A stretch of 64,000 bases of DNA from Anaerolineae bacterium (GTDB taxonomy: Bacteria > Chloroflexota > Anaerolineae > Anaerolineales > Villigracilaceae). This document shows positions 1 to 7,751 of this stretch, piece after piece. The translations under genes were made by a program, and so were the position numbers. Where the stretch lies: contig JABGQT010000140.1 of assembly GCA_018648685.1 (NCBI GenBank), positions 19,920 to 83,919 of the forward strand. The letters are read 5' to 3'. The stretch's first letter is position 1. Every line of letters begins with the position of its first letter. The notes under the pieces were generated by a model that was given only the letters and a program-made list of their open reading frames with translations, was not told the DNA's origin and made no database searches.

Positions 1-16
1 CTATAGAATACAGTCT

Positions 17-58
17 CTGAGCGGAGCTAGAAAAGGCCGTTCTTCGACCTCCGCTCAG
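17..58. other. Hairpin overlapping the stop codon of the ATP-grasp ORF
   Basis: CTGAGCGGAG (17-26) is the exact reverse complement of CTCCGCTCAG (49-58), with a 22-nt loop. There is no T-run on either side, so it is not called a terminator. Confidence 0.5.
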
Positions 59-1227
59 GAGTTGGTCGTTATAAACTCCCTCAAACTCGTTCTCAGCATC
101 CAACCCAATTCTCCAGAATTCTCTGCGCTCGTTTCCATGAAGAGAAAACCGAAAATAGGATATTCCTTATGATCCAGTTTGCGTAACTCAAGGGGATTTT
201 CAAGGCGTTTCAGGAGCGCATCATAATCAAAGGATTCGATATCTTCGTTTGCAAGGTCGGTGACGTTATCAAGAATGACCATGCTATAGGTTTTTCCCGC
301 TCTCGTGGATAAAATCTCATCCCAATCAGGGCGTTTATTCTCAAAATAATAGACGTAAGGATTGAAACCATAAGCAGCCGCAGTTATATCGGCGGTCGTG
401 CACCAGCCCCCAAAGCGGAGCGGATTAACTTCGATGGGTACGATCCCTTTTTCCGTGCGACGCACCTCTACGTGGACGGGGAAATTGCGCATTTGTGCCA
501 ACTCGCCGATCTCGCGCAGCCACTCGCTGAAATCGCTCAGATTGTCATTGATGATCTTCGCTGATGTGCTGTACATTCTGTCGCCTACATCGTCGGTAGA
601 TGAAAAGATGTGATGGTAAATGCCCAAAATACCGTGAGTACCTTCTTGGTCGAAGTAGGCATCGAAGGCAAATTCTTCTCCCTCAATCATCTCCTCGATG
701 ATGAAGGTCGTCGTATTCAAAACTTCGTTGGGATAAGTCGCATCTCGCTCGGCGACTTCTGCTTTGATCGCCGCTTTGACAGCACCCCATTCTTCTACGC
801 TGTTGACTATATGCACACCCAAACTAAAAAAACCCACATTCGGCTTGATGACAAAGGGTAGGGGGATGTCGTTAATCTTTAGCGTATTCAACACTTCGAA
901 AGGGACTTCCTGAAAATAGAAATTAGGCAGCATTGGGCGCATCAATTCACGGAACTTGGCTTTGTTCTTGAAAACTTCGATTTTTTCTGGCAAGTTCGTG
1001 AATGCAAGGTTTTCAGCGATCCAGCCGATGGCACTTTCGGATGTGGTATAAACGCGCGCGTTATGATTTGCGCGTAGCCGTTCGGCGACATCTGCCTCGC
1101 TAATCAAATTATCGTCGTCGCTTAGCCCGAAGTTCTGTGCAGCGGAGTTGTCAACGATGGGGATATTATATTTTTGACTGGTCTCTTTTAGAAAATCCGA
1201 AAGATAAGGTTTGTCCACGAAGATCAT
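55..1227 (-). CDS. ATP-grasp domain protein
   Basis: 390-aa ORF with ATP-grasp-like blocks (IKPNVGFFSLGVHIV, IIEEMIEGEEFAFDAYF, IEVNPLRFGG). Family assigned by eye only. Confidence 0.6.
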   Translation of the reverse strand: MIFVDKPYLSDFLKETSQKYNIPIVDNSAAQNFGLSDDDNLISEADVAERLRANHNARVYTTSESAIGWIAENLAFTNLPEKIEVFKNKAKFRELMRPMLPNFYFQEVPFEVLNTLKINDIPLPFVIKPNVGFFSLGVHIVNSVEEWGAVKAAIKAEVAERDATYPNEVLNTTTFIIEEMIEGEEFAFDAYFDQEGTHGILGIYHHIFSSTDDVGDRMYSTSAKIINDNLSDFSEWLREIGELAQMRNFPVHVEVRRTEKGIVPIEVNPLRFGGWCTTADITAAAYGFNPYVYYFENKRPDWDEILSTRAGKTYSMVILDNVTDLANEDIESFDYDALLKRLENPLELRKLDHKEYPIFGFLFMETSAENSGELGWMLRTSLREFITTNS

Positions 1228-1254
1228 TCTTGCTCCAAATAACTTTTACTGATT

Positions 1255-1342
1255 CTGCGAGGAGCATGCTTTTGCGACGAAGCAGTCTCCTCTTTGTAAC
1301 AATAAGATTGCTCCGCTCCGCAAGCTGCGTTCGCAAAAGCAG
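1255..1342 (+). repeat. Copy A of a ~80-90 nt imperfect-hairpin repeat (partner at 60284-60359, opposite orientation)
   Basis: CTGCGAGGAGCATGCTTTTGCGACGAAGCAGTCTCC...AAGATTGCTCCGCTCCGC...TCGCAAAAGCAG aligns with the reverse complement of 60284-60359. Identity is roughly 80 percent by hand alignment. Confidence 0.7.
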
Positions 1343-1351
1343 CTGTGTTTT

Positions 1352-1969
1352 TTATGTGCTCAAATAATGATGCCACAAAATCCGTGCACCAACCGCACGC
1401 CAGGGTTTCCACGCTTCGGCAATTTTCAGTTGTTCTTCATTTGTGGGGATTTTCGGGAATTTCTTAACCTGCTGCATCGCCTTTGCCAGCGCAAGATCTC
1501 CGGGTGGGTAGATGTTGGGGCGGCGCAAGACCATCAGTAAATAGATATTCGCCGTCCACACGCCGATGCCAGTCAATTTCGCCAGCTCCTTGCGTACGTT
1601 TTCGTCATCAAGAGCGTGGAGCGCATCCAGATCAAGTTCCCCGCTCAAAAGCGCTTCAGAGAGTATCCGCCCATAGCGTGTTTTTTGTCTACTGAAGCCA
1701 AAGCCTTTTAGCTCAGCGTCGTTGAGTTGCAAAAAACTCTCTGGGCTGACACGCTCAATAGCATCACTGAGTTTCTTGAAGGCCGCTCTTGCCGATGCCA
1801 GCGAAACCTGTTGCTCAAGGATGATAAGGAGCAAAGTTGCAAAGCCCGGCTTGCGCCCCCACAACGGTGGCGAACCGAATTGTTCAACGACGGCTTTCAG
1901 ATCATCGTCAACTTCGATGAGCACCGCAACGCCTTCGGCTAAACTTTTTTCGTCAAGGCTTTTAATCAT
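1352..1969 (-). CDS. DNA-3-methyladenine glycosylase II / HhH-GPD base-excision glycosylase
   Basis: 205-aa ORF. It has a helix-hairpin-helix block (LTGIGVWTANIYLLM) followed by PPGDLAL carrying the catalytic-type Asp. Confidence 0.75.
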   Translation of the reverse strand: MIKSLDEKSLAEGVAVLIEVDDDLKAVVEQFGSPPLWGRKPGFATLLLIILEQQVSLASARAAFKKLSDAIERVSPESFLQLNDAELKGFGFSRQKTRYGRILSEALLSGELDLDALHALDDENVRKELAKLTGIGVWTANIYLLMVLRRPNIYPPGDLALAKAMQQVKKFPKIPTNEEQLKIAEAWKPWRAVGARILWHHYLST

Positions 1970-2059
1970 ATTTCTTCCAACTTTTTAACGCGAATAGTGC
2001 AAATAAGCGAATGACGCGAATAATTTTTTAAATACTCGCGTCATTCGCCCTATTCGTGA

Positions 2060-3190
2060 TTAAGGTTTTTTTCCAAAATACTGATAATAAGCAACTTCAA
2101 TCGCACCATTGAATAACTTGCGTGTCTTATTTGGGCGCGCTCGTTTGAAATAGTCAGGGAACTTCTTATCCGCTGTCAACACATAAACTGACCATCCGTT
2201 TTTCTTTTTGAAAATCTTGTTAAAAGAAATATAAAGTTGATTCAGCTCCTGAAAATTACCCATTCTCACGCCATAAGGGAAATTTGAGATCACAATCCCG
2301 TGTTCCTGGTCAATCCACAAATCCCGCACGTCTTTTTGCTCAAAGCGGATGTCTTTCTTGACTCCCGCTGCCTTCGCATTGGATTTGCTGGCAAAGAGCA
2401 TTTCTTCATCCAGATCATAGCCAAAAAGCTGCATCTCTACATCAGATTTGATGCAGGATCGTGCGTGCTTTCGGGCTTGCTCCCACGCTGTCGAGGGGAT
2501 ACCTGCCCAATCTTCAGATGCGAACGAACGCTTCAACCCTGGCGCAATATTACGCCCGATCATCGCTGCTTCGATCAAAATTGTCCCTGACCCACACATT
2601 GGGTCGATAAGCAGTCTCCCATTATTCCAAAAACTCAGTTGAACTAGAGCAGCCGCTAAAGTCTCTTTGATAGCCGCTCTACCTGCCTGTTTTCTATAGC
2701 CACGCCGATTTAAGCCCGTTCCCGATGTATCCAGAGTCAAAGTCGCCACATCGTTTCGTACTGAAACTTTGATCGGATATTCTGCGCCTGTTTCTTCGAA
2801 CCAAGTAGTATCATATTCTTCGCTCAATCGCTCAACAACGGCCTTTTTGACTATAGATTGACAGGTCCGGACACTTTCCAGTTGAGATTTTACAGAAGAG
2901 CCAGTGACAGTAAAGACACCATCTTCAGGAATCCATTCTTCCCAAGGGAGAGCGTAGGTTTGCTCGAAAAGAGTATCAAAATCTTTGGCTCCGAATTCGC
3001 CCATTTTGAGCAGAACGCGGTCAGCAGAGCGTAGCCACAAATTCAATGTGGGAATATCTTCAGGGGTAGCATCTAATTCGACTTTCCCGTCTGAAACGCG
3101 CAAATCGCTAAAACCGAGGGCTTGTAACTCGCGTTTGACAACGGCTTCTAAACCAAATGAAAGGGTAGCGGTCAGGGTGATTTTATCCAT
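2060..3190 (-). CDS. THUMP-domain class I SAM-dependent RNA methyltransferase (RlmL/YpsC-like)
   Basis: 376-aa ORF. It has an N-terminal THUMP-like region, SAM motif I (DPMCGSGTILIEAA) and motif IV (SNFPYG). Confidence 0.8.
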   Translation of the reverse strand: MDKITLTATLSFGLEAVVKRELQALGFSDLRVSDGKVELDATPEDIPTLNLWLRSADRVLLKMGEFGAKDFDTLFEQTYALPWEEWIPEDGVFTVTGSSVKSQLESVRTCQSIVKKAVVERLSEEYDTTWFEETGAEYPIKVSVRNDVATLTLDTSGTGLNRRGYRKQAGRAAIKETLAAALVQLSFWNNGRLLIDPMCGSGTILIEAAMIGRNIAPGLKRSFASEDWAGIPSTAWEQARKHARSCIKSDVEMQLFGYDLDEEMLFASKSNAKAAGVKKDIRFEQKDVRDLWIDQEHGIVISNFPYGVRMGNFQELNQLYISFNKIFKKKNGWSVYVLTADKKFPDYFKRARPNKTRKLFNGAIEVAYYQYFGKKP

Positions 3191-3268
3191 AAGGGTATTG
3201 TAACTGAGATGGGCAGATATTTACATGATGGGGATTCTATAGACTGTATGGTTGAAATCTGCCTAGTG

Positions 3269-4069
3269 CTACCTCACTAACATCCATGCAGTAAATAACC
3301 ACCCTGTAATCCACAAGAACCACGCGAACTTTGGCCATCGTACAGACGTTATTCCGTGTAATATCATCAGATTTGCTATTGTTAGATATGGACTCAATAA
3401 TAACCCCGCTAATGCTGCTATTGCCCAATCATCCTGTCGTATGCCATACCATACCCCTATTGTGCCAGGTATTATTGACAGGGGCCACCAAAATATTGCC
3501 AAATTCCGTGCGGATGCTGCTGTGCCGCCGCCGGCTGTGCTGCGGAGAATTGCCGTAATTGCGGCAATAGGCCAATTGTGCCATATTAGCAGTGAAACGA
3601 TTAACAGTCCGGTTAATATTCCCCCAAAAGTTACAGGCTGCTTCTTGATGCGAAACAAAATTGCCCCAATTGTTAAATGTGGTTTTAGCGTTAATGCCCA
3701 CGCGGCGCTTATATCTTGTGCTGCTAACCCGAACAAGATAAGGTGGTCGATATTATTGTATAAAAGATTTCCAAAAAAAAATGGAGATGTCAACAATGCG
3801 ACGATAGATGTTAATGATAGCCGATGGCGTAATCCCCACCAAATGATAACAAGAAACATAAGAGCACGATTTATTGCCCCGCCCAATGCCACCGGCAACT
3901 TTAAGTAGGGTAATAATATGAGCCAAGGCGGTGAGTACACAGGGTCACCTGGTTGATATGGATTAAGAAAGTTCCAGTGGTGGAAAATCTTCCAATCCAC
4001 ATCCAGAAGACCGCGAGTTGGTACAGCAACATAAAAGATTGCTGTTAGTGCAAGGAATACCCCCCCCAA
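3269..4069 (-). CDS. Polytopic membrane protein of unknown function; start uncertain
   Basis: 266-aa hydrophobic ORF opening with TTG at 4069. An ATG at 4127 lies in another frame and would join this ORF if the C8 run at 4060-4067 were one nt shorter. Confidence 0.55.
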   Translation of the reverse strand: MGGVFLALTAIFYVAVPTRGLLDVDWKIFHHWNFLNPYQPGDPVYSPPWLILLPYLKLPVALGGAINRALMFLVIIWWGLRHRLSLTSIVALLTSPFFFGNLLYNNIDHLILFGLAAQDISAAWALTLKPHLTIGAILFRIKKQPVTFGGILTGLLIVSLLIWHNWPIAAITAILRSTAGGGTAASARNLAIFWWPLSIIPGTIGVWYGIRQDDWAIAALAGLLLSPYLTIANLMILHGITSVRWPKFAWFLWITGWLFTAWMLVR

Positions 4070-4123
4070 AACTTAGTATGGAGGGAAGCTGCTTAAAATG
4101 CGGGATCTTTCTTGGGTGAAATT

Positions 4124-4273
4124 TCATACGGTGGGAATATCTTCAGGCGTGGCGTCTAATTCGACTTTCCCATCAGAAACGCGTAAATCGTGAAAGCCGA
4201 GGGCGATTAGCTCGCGTTTGACGACGGCTTCCAATCCAAAGGAGAGAGTGGCGATGAGAGTGATTTTATTCAT
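4124..4273 (-). pseudogene. Relic 5-prime fragment (49 codons) of a second THUMP methyltransferase allele
   Basis: 4131-4273 aligns without gaps to 3048-3190. By hand count there are 24 mismatches in 143 nt. The peptide MNKITLIATLSFGLEAVVKRELIALGFHDLRVSDGKVELDATPEDIPTV then hits a stop. It shows 4 aa differences over 48 aligned codons. Confidence 0.85.
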
Positions 4274-4295
4274 GCGGCTATTGTACTCGGAATTC

Positions 4296-4359
4296 GTAGG
4301 TCACGCTTGAAGCGTGACGTTTTGGGCGCGGGATTTCTCACGTTGAAAACGTGACCTAC
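4296..4359. repeat. Nested palindromic (REP-like) element
   Basis: GTAGGTCACG (4296-4305) pairs with CGTGACCTAC (4350-4359). Two inner hairpins are present: GTCACGC-TTGAA-GCGTGAC (4300-4318) and TCACGTT-GAA-AACGTGA (4338-4354). Confidence 0.6.
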
Positions 4360-4428
4360 AAGGGTGAGGAGAGATATTGGGGATGCACAGAGAGCAATTA
4401 GGCGTGAGCAAGCCCAAAACACGTGCGG

Positions 4429-4443
4429 AATTGTCAGACAATT
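4429..4443. promoter_or_regulatory. Operator-like perfect palindrome AATTGTC-A-GACAATT
   Basis: The 7-1-7 inverted repeat was read directly. It lies upstream of a TATAAT box at 4478-4483. Confidence 0.45.
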
Positions 4444-4485
4444 ATACTTTTCCCTATTCAGCAGAAATAATTTAGTATATAATGT

Positions 4486-4502
4486 AAGTTGTCTGACAAC
4501 TT
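4486..4502. promoter_or_regulatory. Operator-like perfect palindrome AAGTTGTC-T-GACAACTT
   Basis: 8-1-8 inverted repeat sharing the core TTGTC-N-GACAA with the site at 4429-4443. It sits just downstream of the TATAAT box, 58 bp centre to centre from the first site. Confidence 0.45.
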
Positions 4503-4600
4503 AAGGCGAAGGAGCAATCCTGTGCGACTATCGCCTATTCCAATGCAAGGGCATTGGAATAGTATCTAAGCGTGAACTTAATTCCTGTAGGAGACCCTAA

Positions 4601-6067
4601 ATGGCTAAAATTGACTTGACTGTAATGAAAGAACGTCGTGAACGTGCTGTGCAACGTGCCCGCGAAAAGAATATTATTCTTCCGACGCTTGCGCAGATGA
4701 AAAACCCTGATTTGATCCCTGACAAGATCAAAGAACAATTGAAAGATGTTGGTTTATGGGATATTAATCCCCTTAATCTTTTCCGTATTACTTGGAAGAA
4801 TGAGCCGACTGACGACGGTGGCGATTTTGGCGATGTAAATTATCTTGAACTTCCGAAAGAGCTGACTGGCGTGGATGCTCGGATCGTTGTTTTGGTTGGA
4901 AAGTGGTTCCCAACTGGCGCGCATAAAGTTGGCGCTGCTTATGGTTGTTTGGTGCCCCGCTTGGTGACTGGTCAATTTGACCCGACCACGCAAAAAGCTG
5001 TTTGGCCTTCTACTGGTAATTATTGCCGTGGTGGCGCATATGATTCAGCTCTCTTGGGCTGCGAATCTATCGCTATTTTGCCCGAAGAAATGTCGAAAGA
5101 ACGTTTTGACTGGCTGGCAGATGTTGCAGGTGAGACGATTAAGACCCCGGGTAGTGAATCGAATGTTAAAGAAATTTTCGATAAATGCTGGGAATTGCGC
5201 GGCTCTGGCGAAGATTTGATGATTTTTAACCAATTTGATGAGTTCGGCAATTATCTCTGGCACTATGAAGTTACTGGTCATGCGATGGAAGAAATTCTTA
5301 AGAAGGTTATGGGACCGAATGATAAATATCGTGGTATGGCATCTGCGACCGGTTCTGCCGGAACAATTGCTAGCGGTGATTATTTGAAACAGGTTTACCC
5401 CGATAGCGTTATCGTTGCGAGCGAAGCGCTCCAGTGCCCGACCTTGCTTGAAAATGGCTATGGCGCACATCGCATTGAAGGCATCGGTGATAAGCATGTT
5501 CCGTGGATTCATAACTCTAAGAATACCGATATGATTGTTGCTATTGATGATAATGCTGTTGTCAATATCACCCGTCTTTTTAACGAAAAAGAAGGGCAAG
5601 AATATCTTAAGAAACAGGGTGTTTCTGAAGAGATTATTGCTCAACTTGGTTTGCTTGGCTTCTCTGGTATTTCTAATGTTCTCTCTGCCATTAAAGCTGC
5701 GAAATACTATGAAATGGGCGAAAATGATGTGATGTTGACCGTTCTGACCGACTCGATGGATCTTTATCAATCACGTCTCGAAGAAATGCACGAAGAATTC
5801 GGTGAATACAGTGAAGCTGATGCTGCTGCAGATTATGCCCGCTGGTTGATCGGGCAGACCACCGATAATCTCGAAGAATTGCGCTACACAGACCGCCGCC
5901 GCGTACACCAGCTTAAATACTTCACCTGGGTTGAACAACAAGGTAAAACCTACGAAGAAATTCAAGACCAATGGTACGGTGATGATTATTTCACCGGCAT
6001 CCAGGAGCAAGTTGAAGAAATCGACGCGCTGATCGATGAATTCAACAAAGATGTTGGATTGCTCTAA
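4601..6067 (+). CDS. PLP-dependent enzyme, fold-type II (cysteine synthase / Trp-synthase-beta-like family)
   Basis: 488-aa ORF with an AGGAG RBS. The candidate PLP lysine is in FPTGAHKVGAA, and a Gly-rich loop (ATGSAGTIASG) is present. The specific reaction is not inferable. Confidence 0.55.
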   Translation: MAKIDLTVMKERRERAVQRAREKNIILPTLAQMKNPDLIPDKIKEQLKDVGLWDINPLNLFRITWKNEPTDDGGDFGDVNYLELPKELTGVDARIVVLVGKWFPTGAHKVGAAYGCLVPRLVTGQFDPTTQKAVWPSTGNYCRGGAYDSALLGCESIAILPEEMSKERFDWLADVAGETIKTPGSESNVKEIFDKCWELRGSGEDLMIFNQFDEFGNYLWHYEVTGHAMEEILKKVMGPNDKYRGMASATGSAGTIASGDYLKQVYPDSVIVASEALQCPTLLENGYGAHRIEGIGDKHVPWIHNSKNTDMIVAIDDNAVVNITRLFNEKEGQEYLKKQGVSEEIIAQLGLLGFSGISNVLSAIKAAKYYEMGENDVMLTVLTDSMDLYQSRLEEMHEEFGEYSEADAAADYARWLIGQTTDNLEELRYTDRRRVHQLKYFTWVEQQGKTYEEIQDQWYGDDYFTGIQEQVEEIDALIDEFNKDVGLL

Positions 6068-6082
6068 AGCCTGTATCAAAAC

Positions 6083-6118
6083 CCCGAATTCTTCAAGAAT
6101 TCGGGATTTTTTTGTTTT
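6083..6118 (+). terminator. Intrinsic terminator after the PLP-enzyme gene
   Basis: CCCGAATTC (6083-6091) pairs with GAATTCGGG (6097-6105), followed by TTTTTTTGTTTT. Confidence 0.8.
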
Positions 6119-6135
6119 AACGATAGAATAAAGAT

Positions 6136-6702
6136 ATGCTCTCGCCTACAGATTTGATTCTAGTTTGTCTGATCCCCTCTCCTCGAGATATGGAGATCGC
6201 ACGCCTTTTAGGGTGGTACCGCATCCCATTGCGTACTGCCCCAAAAGTTCTTTCCGTTGATTACCTCGCCTTTTATCAACCTTCTGCTTTTGGAGAGCGC
6301 GGCAGCCAAATCGAATTTATCGTTCCCGTGCATGGACACGAACTTGCCTCTCGCGCGGAGCTTCTCCGCGACGAAGCCGATCATCCCCGTGCACATGAAG
6401 AATATTATAAAATTCAGCTTGGTGCGCTCGAAAAACTGGCGAACCCGATCATGGCGAAAAAGTGGAAACGGCTTACCTTTCTCTACACAACAGGTGAATA
6501 TCTTCTGCAAGCCAAAACGCTAAATGATCTTGTTGTCAAAAACGATGAGCGCAAGTTGCTCTGGAAATCCTTGCGTGAGCGCGCTACAAACTCGGCTCTC
6601 TACAAAGCTGATTTACCAGATGTTGAAATTGACCCAGCATTGTTGGTTGCTCTATTAGGGATTAAAGAATTAGAAACACACTATGATGGGAAGGATAAAT
6701 AA
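6136..6702 (+). CDS. Hypothetical protein
   Basis: 188-aa ORF with no family recognised. Its stop overlaps the next start (TAATG). Confidence 0.55.
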   Translation: MLSPTDLILVCLIPSPRDMEIARLLGWYRIPLRTAPKVLSVDYLAFYQPSAFGERGSQIEFIVPVHGHELASRAELLRDEADHPRAHEEYYKIQLGALEKLANPIMAKKWKRLTFLYTTGEYLLQAKTLNDLVVKNDERKLLWKSLRERATNSALYKADLPDVEIDPALLVALLGIKELETHYDGKDK

Positions 6703-7751
6703 TGGCAGAAGAAACTCACAGGGACGATCATACTCACGAACCCGTCTGGACCTATCGCGGTTATGAACTCCATGCGGGTGAATTCAATACCGCTATGGTA
6801 CATCTCTTCCGGGCCGAAGTGAATCGCGCCAATGTCTGGCGTCAACGCTTGGATGCGACGACTAATTGGGCAGTCATCACGACAGGCGCGGTCATTTCTC
6901 TTGCGTTTGCACAGCAAGTCAGCCATCTTGTAATTTTGCTGAACTTACTGCTTGTGACTGTCTTCCTCATTATCGAAGCGCGTCGCTATCGCTACTTTGA
7001 GCTTTGGTCTTCTCGCATCCGCATGATGGAAACGGACTTCTTTGCAGCCATGCTTGTCCCGCCATTTAAGCCTTCCTCGGATTGGGCGGAAGGGATGGCA
7101 GAGACCTTGCTGCATCCCGAATTCCCCATTTCGGAAATGGAGGCGCTTGGTCGCCGCTTGCGTCGCAATTATCTGTGGATCTATCTCGTTGTCGGAATCG
7201 CCTGGATAGGCAGGTTGGCACTTTATCCAACACCTGCTCACTCTCTTTACGAAATCATTCAAAATGCTGCTTTTGAAAATGTCAGCGGCGAATGGATGAT
7301 GGGCGCGGTAGGGATTTTCTATGGAGTTGTTATTTCACTGGCATTTGTGACCATCGGCTTGCGGCGTGCATCCGGCGAAGTTTTGGCAAATCCTGAGATG
7401 ATGGGCTTTGATATGGATGACGAAGAGAATGTTATTCGATCCGTATCAGATAAAAAACCTTGGTTTCGGCGCTCCCGTCGGCGCCAGGAATTGGTCGCGA
7501 TCATTATTACAGACCAACCCAAAGAGGTTGCAGATCAGATCACAATTAATATGCGCCGCGGTGCAACGATCTTTTCTGGTGAAGGCGCATATACTCAGGA
7601 AGAACGTAGCGCTCTCCTTGTTGCGATCACGAGTACTGAAGTACTGAATTTGAAGAAACTTGTTGCAAAGGTCTCACCAAAGGCTTTTGTAATGATTATG
7701 CCTGCTAAAAATATATTGGGTGGTGGATTTGTGCCACTGGAGGAAGAATAA
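6702..7751 (+). CDS. Membrane protein, DUF2270-like N-terminal module fused to a DUF2179 (YitT C-terminal type) domain
   Basis: 349 aa. The N-terminal part (FRAEVNRANVWRQRLDATTNWAVITTGA plus TM segments) resembles DUF2270. The C-terminal part (RGATIFSGEGAYTQEERSALLVAITSTEVLNLKKLV...GGGF) resembles DUF2179. Confidence 0.6.
   Translation: MAEETHRDDHTHEPVWTYRGYELHAGEFNTAMVHLFRAEVNRANVWRQRLDATTNWAVITTGAVISLAFAQQVSHLVILLNLLLVTVFLIIEARRYRYFELWSSRIRMMETDFFAAMLVPPFKPSSDWAEGMAETLLHPEFPISEMEALGRRLRRNYLWIYLVVGIAWIGRLALYPTPAHSLYEIIQNAAFENVSGEWMMGAVGIFYGVVISLAFVTIGLRRASGEVLANPEMMGFDMDDEENVIRSVSDKKPWFRRSRRRQELVAIIITDQPKEVADQITINMRRGATIFSGEGAYTQEERSALLVAITSTEVLNLKKLVAKVSPKAFVMIMPAKNILGGGFVPLEEE

Noticed and set aside
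17-58. Hairpin at the window start as the terminator of the ATP-grasp gene
   Set aside because: The 10-bp stem is real, but no T-run follows on the minus strand and the stem includes the stop codon. It is reported only as a hairpin.
5045-5770. 241-aa minus-strand ORF inside the PLP-enzyme gene
   Set aside because: It is fully antisense to a gene with clear family motifs and an RBS. Its low-complexity Asn/Ile/Phe-rich translation is typical of a shadow ORF.
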